63,068 nucleotides of DNA, filler included, from Octopus bimaculoides (GCF_001194135.2; 5 parts of 5 records of this genome joined end to end with filler, not necessarily neighbours in it); one strand, 5' to 3'. Counted from the first letter of the whole stretch, positions 50,609-63,068 are shown. Program-made: numbers and translations. Notes: a model not told the origin generated them from the letters alone.

Positions 50609-51000
50609 GGAGTGGCTGTGTGGTAAGTAGCTTGCTTACCAACCACATGGTCCCGGGTTCAGTCCCACTGCGTGGCATCTTGGGCAAGTGTCTTCTACTA
50701 TAGCCTCGGGCCGACCAATGCCTTGTGAGTGGATTTGGTAGACGGAAACTGAAAGAAGCCTGTCGTATATATGTATATATATATGTATGTGTGTATGTGT
50801 TGTATGTCTGTGTTTGTCCCCCCAACATCGCTTGACAACCGATGCTGGTGTGTTTATGTCCCTGTAACTTAGTGGTTCGGCAAAAGAGACCGAAAGAATA
50901 AGTACTAGGCTTCCAAAGAATAAGTCCTGGGGTCGATTTGCTCGACTAAAGGCGGTGCTCCAGCATGGCCACAGTCAAAAGACTGAAACAAGTAAAAGAG
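50609..51000 (+). mobile_element. SINE family A, full length
   Basis: Near-identical to 30206-30604. Confidence 0.92.
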
Positions 51001-51012
51001 TATATATATATA

Positions 51013-51161
51013 TTATTTAAAAGCAACAGAAATATTACAAAAGCTGTTACTCAGAGTTTCACATTCCCATTCGTCGGACAGTTTTGTTAAAACTGTCCGA
51101 TGAATGAGAACGTGAAACTCTGAGTAAAAGCTTTTGTTATATTTCTGCTGCTTTTAAATAA
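51013..51161. mobile_element. 149-bp foldback of two back-to-back Penelope-type ends, each with a U4C hammerhead-like motif
   Basis: 73-bp arms centred on 51087; 51044-51081 (-) CTGT-CCGACGA-ATGGGAATGT-GAAACTCTGAGTA-ACAG and 51093-51130 (+) CTGT-CCGATGA-ATGAGAACGT-GAAACTCTGAGTA. Confidence 0.7.
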
Positions 51162-51435
51162 AGCATATTACTGTACCTATGGTATTTCAGTACTCTTTTG
51201 TCACCTTGTTTCACATTTATGTGCTTACTCCAGTATATATATATATATATATATATATAGTTTAAATATATAGAAAACAAAAGACAGAGATAGGTGAGGG
51301 AACAACAAACAGGTGTATTAGTTTCAGACTTAGTAAAAATGGAAAAGTCTTTGATGTTTCAAGCCTTTACTCTTCAACAGAAAAGGGTGAGAAGGTAAAA
51401 AATTGAGAAAGAGAAATATATACACACATAATATA

Positions 51436-52715
51436 CAGGGTGCAGTGAATAAATTGCCATCTAAATTATACAAAAATGAAAATAACACTGACATCTTATT
51501 TTAAGAGATATATTTACCAAAATTACATAAAAATATCTTGAAATACTAAAGAGTAAATTTATTTAATAAAATCGCCATTGGCTTCAACTATAGCCTCCAG
51601 ACGATTTCGGAATCTCCTGCAACTCTTCTGGATGGTATCCTTGTTTAAGTAGGTGAATGCTGCCATAATCCTTGCCTTTAGTTTATCTTTGGTATTACAA
51701 GGAGTTTTGTTGGTCTCTCACTCACCTGTGTCCCACACATAATAATCAAGAGGGTTGCAGTCTGGGGAGTTAAGTGGTCAGATGTTAGGGGTGATGTGGT
51801 CACAGAAGTTGTCTGACAGCCATGACTAGGTTCACCTGCTTGTATGGCATGGTGCAGAGTCCTGTTGCCAGACACAGGGTCTTCCAGCAGCCACCCTCTT
51901 GACCCAGGGCAGCACTACCTCCTCCAGGCATTTGATGTAGGCCTGTGTGTTGAGTCTGAGGCCGTGTGGGAAGATGAATAGCGGCATAACATTACCATCA
52001 GTAGTGGTCACTCCAAACACCATGATGTTGATTGGATGTTTGATTTTTATCATTCTCGGTATATGTTTTGGGGACACAGCAAGCCAATGGTTGTTCTGTG
52101 TGTTCACCAACTGATCATGGCAGAAATTTAAAGCATGTTCAGTTGGAGGGAATGCTTAAAAATGTTCAAAAGCTTCGTAGCACGGTCTTTCCTCTTATCC
52201 TTGGTGGCTTGGGATAAAAATTGACCCTTTCTTAACTTGTATGAATAATACCAAATGCCTTCATGCTCTACCTGCCTGATAAGGAACTCAGACACTCCCG
52301 TGTCCCTGTCGATGGACCTGATTGACTTGGGGGGATTATTGTCAATCATCACCTGGATCTCACCAATAAATTCAGGAGTTCTTTTCTTATGAGAATGATC
52401 AGAGTGAGTTTTCCAAGCTGGTATACCTTTGTAATCACTATTAGACTCATCCAACTTTTTCTGAATCCTCTGCACTATCCTCAGATTGACACCCAAACAC
52501 TCTGAAATGTTCGTATTGGAGCTTCCAGCAGGAATTCCAGGCAGTACAAGTCGTTTCCAAATTTCTGGCAGATTGAATTGCACCATGGTGCTGTTTTTCT
52601 CACAAATGGTGCCCAACTAACCCTACTATACCGTGTAGTCAACAAAATCAAAAACAAACAATGCCCCAAACACGAAATTAAAAATATAAAATGGCAACAA
52701 TTTATACATCACACA

Positions 52716-52718
<3 letters not shown>
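51436..52718 (-). mobile_element. Full-length maT (DD37D) Tc1/mariner transposon, inactivated
   Basis: TA|CAGGGTG...CACTG|TA, about 27-bp diverged TIRs, 1283 bp; transposase 52586-51559 with IMVFGV, WQQDSAPCHTS-37 aa-DCNPLDYYVW, and several stops. Confidence 0.92.
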
Positions 52719-52759
<41 letters not shown>

Positions 52760-52859
52760 NNNNNNNNNNNNNNNNNNNNNNNNNNNNNNNNNNNNNNNNN
52801 NNNTTAATTAATTAANNNNNNNNNNNNNNNNNNNNNNNNNNNNNNNNNNNNNNNNNNNN

Positions 52860-52987
52860 ATCCAGCTGTAGAAACTCTGCCAAATCAGACTGGAGCCTGG
52901 TGTTGCCATCCGGTTTCACCAGTCCTCAGTCAAATCGTCCAACCCATGCTAGCATGGAAAGCGGACGTTAAACGATGATGATGATGT
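52860..52987 (+). mobile_element. RTE LINE 3' terminus with (ATG)n tail
   Basis: CAACCCATGCTAGCATGGAAAGCGGACGTTAAACGATGATGATGATG. Confidence 0.85.
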
Positions 52988-53043
52988 ATGTATATATATA
53001 TATATATATCTGTAAAAATATGTGACGCTTATTCAGTAGCTAT

Positions 53044-53104
53044 GATAAAACTCCGAGTTTTGGATGCCAGGGTGGGAGCCCACGCCAACATCTCTTCAGT
53101 TATC
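53044..53104 (-). ncRNA. Hammerhead motif inactivated by G12A
   Basis: Minus strand GATAA-CTGAAGA-GATG...CATC-C-AAAACTCGGAGTT-TTATC; same family as 39213-39268. Confidence 0.55.
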
Positions 53105-53110
53105 TGGCCA

Positions 53111-53155
<45 letters not shown>

Positions 53156-53191
53156 CATAAATATATATTTTAACATTCATGCTAGTTTGAT

Positions 53192-53378
53192 ATTTCTTTA
53201 CTGCCCACAAGGGGCTCACAGAGGGGACAAACAAATGGCTTAAGTCGCTTATATCGACTCCAGTGCGTAACTGGTAATTATTTAATCAACCCCGAATTTG
53301 AACTCAGAACGTAGCAGCAGACGAAATACCGCTAAGCATTTCGCCTGGCGTGGTAACGTTTCTGCCAGCTCACCACCT
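53192..53378 (-). mobile_element. SINE family C with internal deletion
   Basis: Reverse complement of 62721-62949. Confidence 0.8.
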
Positions 53379-53384
53379 TAATGC

Positions 53385-53838
53385 CAGTTCATGCCAGTTT
53401 GAGTTGGATGGAATTAACTGAGGCAGATTTGTTATTTGCAGAATGTCCTTGCTGCTTGCATGACGTCAGGAGAATATCTGGGAAGCCACTGAGTCAAGTT
53501 GCTGAACTGAAGCTAATTTCATCTATGGTTGTTGTTACATCTGCCTCCTCAATATCGACATAATCAATGGTTGCCACCTTCATCAGCAGAACTGTAATGT
53601 TAAAGAATTCTGTTGGATTTTTTTATCCATGTGTCCCAGCGGGGAAGTGAAGACACTTTTAAATTGTTCACAGAGCACTTCACTTATCCTTTCTGGCTCT
53701 GTGGTAAGTGAACCATTCCCTTGAGACATCAGTCCTATTTTATACTGTACTGTTACCTTTGCAAATTTATTTAAAGCTTTAGGGTTTGTTTTTATGCTTT
53801 CCACAGTTCTTCTCTCTCTGTCTCTGTCTCTCTCTGTC

Positions 53839-53869
<31 letters not shown>

Positions 53870-55330
53870 GTCTCTGTCTGTCTGTCTCTCTCTCTTTCTC
53901 TCTCATTTCCATGGAAACATTTGATTTTGTTTTTGATTTCCATTAGTGTCCATCTTAAATTAGACTTTTCTCTATTCTTCTGTTGCCTGTTCAACTGGTT
54001 TCGGAGCTTTGATCAGCATCTCATAAAGATTTTCCTGTCTTTGAGAATTTTGTTTGTTGGTATTCTGGTCTTTCTGGGGTATTCTTATTGCACATAGCTT
54101 GTACTCTCAACATAAACTGACTGAGTTTTAAGTCAATGTCTTGCAAAGACAGAATCTCAGACCAGTTTCATTTGTGGATCTCTTTACACATTGATTTCCT
54201 TTCTGTTTTATTGAAATTCAAGTTGATATATCTTGAGGTATCCTGATAGGATCGATCATTGTAATTTGCCTAGGATCGTACATTATTAGTTCTACAATGT
54301 TGTGATCTGAAAGTGCTGTCGGTGTCGCCTAAACAGTGTGGATAAGGTTTACCTTATTAGTGAAGCAGAGATCCAAGATGTTGTTACCCCTGTCAGGCTA
54401 TAGTATTCTTTGTTCCATGAATAGCATATTAGAAAGTTCAAGTAATGATTCTACATATCTCTGTTCAAGCAGTGACATGCCAGGGAAGATGTAGCCTTCA
54501 GGTCATTTAACATTTGGGAGACAGAAGTCACCCAGGAGGAGTATATTGATATGTTGGTTCAGGCTTATCAATATCTCTTCTATAAATCTGAAGGTATACA
54601 GAAATTTACTATCATATTTCGAGGCATTTGGTGGACAATATGTTGTGCTCATAACTAGATCAATTTGCTTTATATGTATGATTAAGATGTCATAAATTGA
54701 GTTTCAGAGTGACAACATTAGAAGAGGTATAACATTTTCATGGATGTACACAACACTTCATCCATCGAATATTACTCTCTTCATATTTGGAACGGAGCTG
54801 TTTCTGCGCACAGAGTCATACTAGATTGTGCCTAGTAAAGAAGCTACACGCCTGATTGTCTTTCACCATAAGCGAGCCAAGTTTTCTCTGCATCCTGAAA
54901 CTGACTGGGTTCATGCCATCTTCGTTCAACCATTATTCCCAGTCGTCTCTCTTTTCTCATGATGCTTGATGTACCCAATCTCTTAAGCTCCATACAATTC
55001 ACTACACTCAGCATTCTATATTCAGAATCTCGTGTGGATTCCTCTTGATTATACAATTTGTCCAACAGGAGGTTCATAAGGTGGCTGCTAGGTCCGTTAG
55101 AAATAGCAACCAAATCATACTCACCACATAAATAAATTAACACAAAATACATTTGAATATAATAGCGAAGAAAATTTTGAAAATCATCCACCTCAGAAAG
55201 TGCATCAAAGAAAAAAAGTCTGGTTGAACTTTCTATCAAAGAGGTGGGTTTCTATCTTACTGAGACACACAGGAGTTCCATGTTTCTCATTTTGAGGAAA
55301 GTTTCCGAGCTACCTACCTCAGTGTATAAT
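53385..55330 (-). mobile_element. CR1/L2-group LINE ORF2 5' half (APE endonuclease and linker), degenerate
   Basis: TYCPPN, LLLGDF, NILDLCFTN, LSDHNIVEL, IKTNPKALNKFAK, ISEVLCEQFKSVFTSP; many stops, with an unrelated insert at about 54840-55200. Confidence 0.8.
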
Positions 55331-56139
55331 GGTTGATACAAGTGGAAGTAAAGAAGAAACATAAACTTTAAATTCACTAAAGTTTATGGACAAAAGTAAC
55401 TTCTATGTCTATAATGATTATATGCCCCACTTGTGTTTGATAGGAAGGATCAGAATTAATTCTCTAATGCAAACATTCTCTTATTCCAGTCCCAAGTTCA
55501 GTTCCACCTGTCGATCAATTTATCCCCTCTATGTTTAGCCCCTTGTGAGCAATAAAGAAATAAATTTGTCCCAAAGTTCTTATCTGGATGTAAATTTAAC
55601 GAAGCAAATGTCATTTATCTCCCCTTTCATCTCAAACGTCATCTGACAAAACACCAGGCAAGATAGTATCAATTAGTCACGCTTTATCTGCTAGAAATAG
55701 CAACCAAAATACCTTTAAAACATATGCCAATACTGGATGTTCAAGAATCAACTTAAGGGCAGATTTTCAATTCCGGGATCATTCTCATTCCAAAATGGAA
55801 TATAATATGACTATGTAGAGGAAAGGTACATTCAGATAGACGGTACGCAGACAGGGGAATTTAGCTTTTATTATTGTCCAAATATCAAGAAAATATTATC
55901 AAACAGTTTAATATCAGCAAACTTGTGTTTTGTTTAAACGCTTATCGACCTTATAACCCTGCACTCTACATCTACCTGTAGACTAAATATTAAGTAACTA
56001 TTATTTGTGTTTATAGGAAAGTGGGTTATACATCATTAGATGTACACCTGACTTTCCTATATTAAATTAAGAATTGAACGGAATGCTGAACTCCAGACTA
56101 TCAACACAAACAATATTTATTCATTGGTGGAAAATATAC

Positions 56140-56184
56140 ATCTTTAATCTTGTTTGTTGAGACGTCTTCGGTGTGTGAGAACAT
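56140..56184 (-). CDS. Candidate first coding exon of the MYND gene (MFSHTEDVSTNKIKD)
   Basis: CAACCATG context and GT at 56139; the phase-0 end does not join the phase-1 MYND exon directly, so an intervening exon would be required. Confidence 0.25.
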
Positions 56185-56324
56185 GGTTGTTGGGACGTTG
56201 GTATATTGATGTGAGCTGTCTAGCGTGAGTTCGAAAGATGGAGAGACAGCTAGACACGTCCTTGCTCAATCGCTGGCCAGCAAGAAAGATAGAATGAAGC
56301 GGGAAAGCTTGGATGTTGAATTCC

Positions 56325-56395
56325 ACGCATGCGTGAGACTACGCATGCGCACGGCGTTACTACATGTTCATAATGCGGTGTGTGGCTGATTGGTT
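56325..56395 (-). promoter_or_regulatory. Candidate promoter: two NRF1-like palindromes plus a CCAAT box
   Basis: ACGCATGCGT 56325-56334, TACGCATGCGCA 56340-56351, AACCAATCAG on the minus strand at 56386-56395, in a CpG-richer unique stretch upstream of the MYND exons. Confidence 0.5.
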
Positions 56396-56525
56396 AGACA
56401 GCCGACGGCATTTCATCCACGTTTGCATGTGTTCAAATTTCAACGAAGTAGAGTGTTCCCTTGACATTTTCGTTGTTGATAATATCAGTACCAGTCAGTC
56501 TTTGGGTCAATATGATCGACTACAT

Positions 56526-58522
56526 ACTCGACCAAATTTGAAGCCCTGTTCCTATAGTAGAAAGGAATATTTCATGTACGATTTTTATTTACCGATCCTT
56601 ACTATCATATCTCCTAACAGTTATACGACTGTTTACAATGAAATATTCTGTGTGAATATATCTTGAGTGAAGTACCGTTTCTGGTTGGAACCTCCAGGTT
56701 TCCTGTCCTGAAATTGCCTGGCTAAGAGTTCATACGGTTGGAGGAACAATACCGGACACCTTGTAACTATGTTATGGGACCAACCAGCATGTTACAGAGG
56801 GTGTTTAAGAACTCAAAGGTGCATAAAACGGCAGACCCACACAATTGTGTCCCCTGTTTTGTTTCCTGTTAACTTCCAGAAAAATGGTTCTCTTTCTAAG
56901 GAAATTTTCTAGAAATACGTCTCAGATAGTGTACATTACGATTATATCGGAATTTAATGTGAAAAAAATAAATAAAAAATTCGTGAAATTACCCACATAT
57001 ATACTGACACACATAACATATCCACAAAATGGAACTTTGAAAAGAAATTGGGATGTGTCTCAGTATATATGTGAGCGCTACCTCTATTTTTTTTCCACAT
57101 AAAATTCCGATATAGTCGTAATGTATGCTATCTGAAGTATTTGTGGAATATTTCATTAAGAGATATCTATTTTTTCTGAGAGTTATGAAGAAACAATTGT
57201 GTGGAGGACACACTTGTGAGGGTCCGCTCTAAATATCCCCACAAACACCAAAAACAAGGTGAAGATGACGCTGACTTCACTCTAGTCTTCAGGTGTCCGG
57301 GTGCGTCCCCCGGCGCACACATTCCCTAGCCTCTAATCACCGCGAAAGGTTGAAAGAGACTGAATATTATTAGAAACGAAGGTCTTGGAGAAAACGTTTC
57401 CGATATTGTGACGTCATAATGACAATATGGAAAAATAGAGAAATCTCTGGAATGGACGAGAAATTCTTGAATGAATTTCACACATAGACGTTACACGCGC
57501 ACGCACACAATAGCATCCACACACAGATGTACACCATCAAATATTTACATATACAATCTATGCATTCGCATTAACGTGTGTCTGTATATTTGTGTGTATT
57601 GATATTTGCGTGTGTGTGTGCATACTTATCTGTCTATCAATATATACGGGTATAAAGATAGCGGACTGACGGAACCGTTAGGGGCATTTCTTCCGTCTGC
57701 ATGTTCTGAGTTCAAATTCAGCCAAGGTAGTCTTTTATTCATCCTTTCGGGATTGATAAAATGAAGGGAAAGACTTCCTTCACCCCACAACCCTCTTTAT
57801 TTATTTATTATTTTTTTGGTTATAAACTCCCGTTTTCGGGTCCGGAGATTACAAGTCTGAAAAAAATTGGCAAAAATTGGCATTTCAAAATTTCAACCCC
57901 TCCCTCCCCAATTTCTTCACTTTTGACTTTTTCCAGAAATTTTGTTTTGCAAAATATGTGGTAAAATACGGAGATTATGATTCTGAAAAACTTTTCCAAA
58001 AATTTGTGTAAGATTTCAAGTTAAAAAAAAAAAAAAATTGCCCCTCCCCTCACAGTCTATGGCAAAAAAAAAAACAGTTATGAAACCCTTTTCGCCATTG
58101 CACATGCGTTGACTGCTACGCTANNNNNNNNNNNNNNNNNNNNNNNNNNNNNNNNNNNNNNNNNNNNNNNNNNNNNNNNNNNNNNNNNNNNNNNNNNNNN
58201 NNNNNNNNNNNNNNNNNNNNNNNNNNNNNNNNNNNNNNNNNNNNNNNNNNNNNNNNNNNNNNNNNNNNNNNNNNNNNNNNNNNNNNNNNNNNNNNNNNNN
58301 NNNNNNNNNNNNNNNNNNNNNNNNNNNNNNNNNNNNNNNNNNNNNNNNNNNNNNNNNNNNNNNNNNNNNNNNNNNNNNNNNNNNNNNNNNNNNNNNNNNN
58401 NNNNNNNNNNNNNNNNNNNNNNNNNNNNNNNNNNNNNNNNNNNNNNNNNNNNNNNNNNNNNNNNNNNNNNNNNNNNNNNNNNNNNNNNNNNNNNNNNNNN
58501 NNNNNNNNNNNNNNNNNNNNNN

Positions 58523-58595
<73 letters not shown>

Positions 58596-58961
58596 TTATA
58601 TATATACATAGATATATATATATATTATACATATACATATATAAAGGAGCACTCCGTTGGTTACGACGACGAGAATCCCAGCTGATACGATCAACGGAAC
58701 AGCCTGCTCGTGAAATTAACGTGCAAGTGGCTGAGCACTCCACAGACACGTGTACCCTTCTCGTAGCTCTCAGGGAGATTCAGCGTGACAGAGTGTGACA
58801 AGGCTGGCCCTTTGAAATACAAGTAGCACTCGTTTTTCCCAGCTGAGTGGACTGCAGCAACGTGAAATAAGCTGTCTTGCTCAAGAGCACAACGCGTCGC
58901 TGGGAATTGAACTCACGACTTTACGATCGGGAGCCGAATGCCCTAAACACTAAGCCACGCG

Positions 58962-58997
<36 letters not shown>

Positions 58998-59062
58998 TAT
59001 ACACATATATATACACACATATATATACACACATATATATACACATACATATATACACGCAG

Positions 59063-59095
<33 letters not shown>

Positions 59096-60491
59096 AACTT
59101 GGATTTTGTGAATTTTCCGAAGTCCTTTCCCCACCCGTTGGAAAAGATTTTTGCCCACAAATTTCTTTATAATCGTAATGCATGCCGTTTGAAAGGTATT
59201 TCTATAAATTTCATTGAAAAAAAGCCCATTTTCCTAAAAGTTATGAGGGAAAAACTAAGATTTTGTGAATTTTCCGAAGTCCTCTCCCCACCCTCCCGTT
59301 GCTTTGCACGCATTTTTTTTGTCATATTCGTTTCCTACACATTATTTTACACCCATTCAGTATTTTTTCCAGGTCACTCGACCAAATTTCAAGCCCTGTT
59401 CCTATAGTAGAAAGGAATATTTCATGTACGATTTTTATTTACCCATTCTTACTATCATATCCCCTTACAGTTACACGACTGTTTACAATGAAATATTCTG
59501 TGTGAATATATCTTGAGTGAAGTATCGTTTCTGGTTGGAACCTCCAGGTTTCCTGTCCTGAAATTGCCTGGCTAAGAGTTCATACGGTTGAAGGAACAAT
59601 ACCGGACACCTTGTAACTATGTTATGGTACCAACCAGCATGTTACAGAGGGTGTTTAAGAACTCAAAGGTGCATAAAACGGCAGACCCACACAATTGTGC
59701 CCCCTGCTTTGTTCCCTGATAACTTCCAGAAAAATGACTCTCTTTCCAAAGAAATTTTCTACAAATACCTCTCAGGTGGTGTACAATACGATTATATCGG
59801 AATTTAATGTGAAAAAAAAAATAAAGAATTCGCGAAATTACCCACATATATACTGACACACAGAACATATCCACAAAATGGAACTTGAAACTTTGAAAAG
59901 AAATTGGGATGTGTGTCAGTATATATGTGAGCGCTACCTCTATTTTTTTTTCACATTAAATTCCGATATAGTCGTAATGTACGCTATCTGAGAGGTATTT
60001 ATGGAATATTTCCTTAAGAGATATCTATTTTCTGAGAGTTATGAAGAAATAAATGTGTGGAGAGCACACGTGTGAGGGTCCGCTCTAAATATCCCCACAG
60101 ACACCAAAAACAAGCTGAAGATGACGCTGACTTCACTCTAGTCTTCAGGTGTCCGGGTGCGTCCCCCGGCGCACACATTCCCTAGCCTCTAATCACCGCG
60201 AAAGGTTGAAAGAGACTGAATATTATTAGAAACGAAGGTCTTGGAGAAAACGTTTCCGATATTGTGACGTCATAATGACAATATGGAGAAATAGAGAAAT
60301 CTCTGGAATAGACGAGAAATACTTGAATGAATTCCATACATAGACGCTACGGAAGCACGCACACTATGTCACACACGCAGATGTACACAACCAAATATTC
60401 ACATATATAATGTATGCATTTACATTAATGTGTGTCTGTATATTTGTGTGTGTGCGTGCATATCTGTCTATCAATATATATAGATATAAAG
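56526..60491. repeat. Direct duplication of about 1.1 kb (56526-57657 and 59376-60491)
   Basis: Continuous alignment at offset about 2850 with scattered substitutions and small indels; each copy contains an internal foldback of about 370 bp. Confidence 0.9.
58646..58961 (-). mobile_element. SINE family D, near full length
   Basis: Head CGCGTGGCTTAGTGTTTAGGG, core TGTGCTCTTGAGCAAGAC, tail CGGAGTGCTCC. Confidence 0.85.
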
Positions 60492-61137
60492 GTTGCGACG
60501 ATATAGTACAATATTCGTTGTAATTTTGTGTTAAAAGAACAAAGAAGAAAAAGATACATGACTGTAAAGTCAACTGTAATTTAAAAGAAGAGTAAAATGG
60601 AACTGCTTGCTTGGGGGTGGGAAGTAAGCCATTTCATCCTCATTTTTTATCTTAGTCATAGTCCATTCGATGTGTGTTTTATATGTACCCCAATGTCTTG
60701 TTTAGTCTGTCCTTGTGGTGTCCCCTCTTTATAAGGGCCATGTGCCTAAATAAAAGAATTCGAGCTTGCAGAACCGTTAGCACAAACGCCAAAATTCTTA
60801 GGAGCATGCCGTGCGTCTGCATATTCTGAATTCAAATTCCGCCGAGGTCGTCTTCTTTTTTCATCCTTTCGGGATTGATGAAATAAAGTACCAATTGAAC
60901 ACTGGGATTTACTCACACCCTACAAACCGCTGACCTTGTGCCAAAATCTGAAATCAATATATACAAGCATAAGGGTGGCAAGCCGGCTGAATGGCGGGCA
61001 CACACATAAACTCGCTGGCGCACATACCTACAAACGCATACGAACTACAAACACACAATAAAACGTATACAGTTTTGTACCCCGCGTAACACCCCTTTAT
61101 TTATTTATTTATGTATTTATTTATTTATTTCTGTTAC

Positions 61138-61560
61138 ATAAACACCTCGTTTTCTGGTACGGAGATTCCGAATCTGAAAACAATTTAGCAAAAATCGGCA
61201 TTTCAAAATTTCGATTTTTACACCCCCATCCAATTTCTTCATTTTTGACTTTTTCAGAAATTTTTTGTTTGCAAAATATATGGAAAAATACGGAGATTAT
61301 AAGACTGGAAAATTTTTTTTTTTATTTTTGTAAAATCTTAATTTCAAAAAAGAATAATAATTACCCTCCCCCCTCCCCTCGCAATCTACGGCGCAAGCAA
61401 ACTTTTGAAACCCTTTACGCCATTGCACATGCGTTGACTGCTACGCTAAAAGTGAAATTTTGGAAATGGTGTGATGATGGGTGGGCGACATGGGGGAAAG
61501 GTTTTTGGAATTTTTTTTTGTTTTTAATTTTCTGTTTTAAAATGCGGACGGTTTGATTCT
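61138..61560 (+). repeat. Unclassified interspersed repeat (also 57828-58123, and 42938-43135 and 42045-42080 in reverse)
   Basis: Shared TACGGAGATT subrepeats, CATTTCAAAATTTC, and GCCATTGCACATGCGTTGACTGCTACGCTA. Confidence 0.7.
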
Positions 61561-62660
61561 NNNNNNNNNNNNNNNNNNNNNNNNNNNNNNNNNNNNNNNN
61601 NNNNTTAATTAATTAANNNNNNNNNNNNNNNNNNNNNNNNNNNNNNNNNNNNNNNNNNNNAAAGGTGCCAGCGATAGATCGGGGCTTGTGGGGTCGGAGC
61701 GTGGCCTGATCATCGCTTCATTTGTGTTGTCTAACGTACTGTTAATATCATTCGATTTTTTATATTTTATAAGATTTTTGAAGTCATATTTTATGTAAAC
61801 CATTCGCATTACTGATCCCAATCAGTTGTTTTGTACCATTCTATGTTTGGCCCCCTGTGGACAATAAAGAAATTGGTATTTCGTCTGTCTTTACATTCTG
61901 AGTTCAAATTCCGTCGAAGTCAACTTTGCATTTCATCCTTTCAGGATCGATAAATTAAGTACCAGTTGCGTACTGGGGATGATCTAATCGACTGGCCCCC
62001 TCCCCACAAATTTCGGGCCTTGTGCCAAGAGTAAAAAAGAATATAAAGTGAACGTAAGTTACTCTGTTGATGGAATTTTTGCGTGAGAGCCATCATAATT
62101 ACTTCGCAATTATTATTTTTGTATCTTTCTAAAGTGAAATCCAGCCAGAGTTGATCTCACTTTTATTAGGTCTGAGAAATCGATATAAGAATTAGAATTA
62201 AAATATTGTGGTCTATTCAATTATCTTCCTTCTCCCTACAAGAAGAATTGCGCCAAAGATCATTGCTTAAATTCTAAACAATAGTATAAGGGAGGTAACT
62301 CCCGTTTAAAATATTGTTTATTCTGAGACACGGAAAACACGGTAGACTATATTGTTTTGGCATGAAACCACTTTTGACGTCACATCTTTTACTCACATTT
62401 ACTGTACATACGTACGCACGCATATACGTACAAATACAATTAAATGATTGTGATATTCAAGTATGAAGGAGGAATTAGATAGGGATTAGGAGTTAAAATG
62501 AAGATACAGTAAATATCCCCGCATATCTCACGTCTATTTTCAGTCCTCCACTTCACTCTCTATTTCATATCTTATCTAGAATAACTATTGCTTAACCATT
62601 TTCTCACACCGTCTTAGCAATAATAATAATAATAATAATAATTTCAAAATTGTGTACAGA

Positions 62661-63068
62661 AGCAGGAGTGGCTGTGTGGTAAGTAGCTTGCTTCGTATTA
62701 GAATATCAAGTGAACGTAAAGGCGGTGAGCTGGCAGAAACGTTAACACGCCGGGCGAAATGTTTAGCGGTATTTCGTCTGTCTTGACGTTCTGAGTTCAA
62801 ATTCCGCCGAGGTCGACTTTGCCTTTCATCCTTTCGGAGTCGATAAATTAAGTACCAGTTACGCACTGGGTCGATGTAATCGACTTAACCGGTTTGTCTG
62901 TCCTTGTTTGTCCCCTCTGTGTGTAGCCCCTTGTGGGCAACAAAGAAACAAGTAGCTTGCTTACCGACCACATGGTTCTGGGTTCAGTCCCACTGCGTGG
63001 CACCTTGGGCAAGTGTCTTCTACTATAGCCTCGGGCCGACCAAAGCCTTGTGAGTGGATTTGGTAAAT
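62661..63068 (+). mobile_element. SINE family A head interrupted by a SINE C insertion; runs off the window end
   Basis: GCAGGAGTGGCTGTGTGGTAAGTAGCTTGCTT, resuming at 62950. Confidence 0.9.
62721..62949 (+). mobile_element. SINE family C (Nin/Deu-like domain), full length, low divergence
   Basis: GGCGGTGAGCTGGCAG head; GAGGTCGACTTTGCCTTTCATCCTTTCGGAGTCGATAAATTAAGTACCAG core; 13-bp TSD AAGTAGCTTGCTT. Confidence 0.9.

Overview
Eukaryotic, AT-rich, repeat-saturated genomic scaffold with about 4.6 kb of N gaps. The SINE families, microsatellite load and LINE types are most consistent with an octopus (coleoid cephalopod) genome; this is an inference from repeat recognition, not a database match. 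Two host protein-coding loci are supported. (1) A single large terminal exon at 2847-3528 (+) encodes a trypsin-fold serine-protease homolog in which all three catalytic-triad residues are replaced. (2) A minus-strand multi-exon MYND zinc-finger gene has phase-compatible exons at 49853-50029, 47589-47767 and probably 47409-47519, with a candidate NRF1/CCAAT promoter near 56.3-56.4 kb. The remainder is mobile DNA: several tRNA-derived SINE families; CR1/L2-like, RTE and R4/Dong LINE fragments; a Gypsy integrase relic; decayed Tc1/mariner elements (a DD37E TRT-like element, a full-length DD37D maT element and a mariner fragment); a Merlin transposase; piggyBac-type MITEs; and a 64-bp Merlin-type micro-MITE. 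The most unusual hidden signal is a dense set of type I hammerhead-ribozyme motifs of the Penelope/retrozyme kind, from at least six sequence families. These include a 293-bp tandem hammerhead repeat (retrozyme-like) whose second ribozyme is split by the Tc1 insertion, and several foldback structures capped by ribozyme halves. All folds were derived by eye and none is experimentally tested. Most ORFs in the supplied track are microsatellite or N-gap artefacts.
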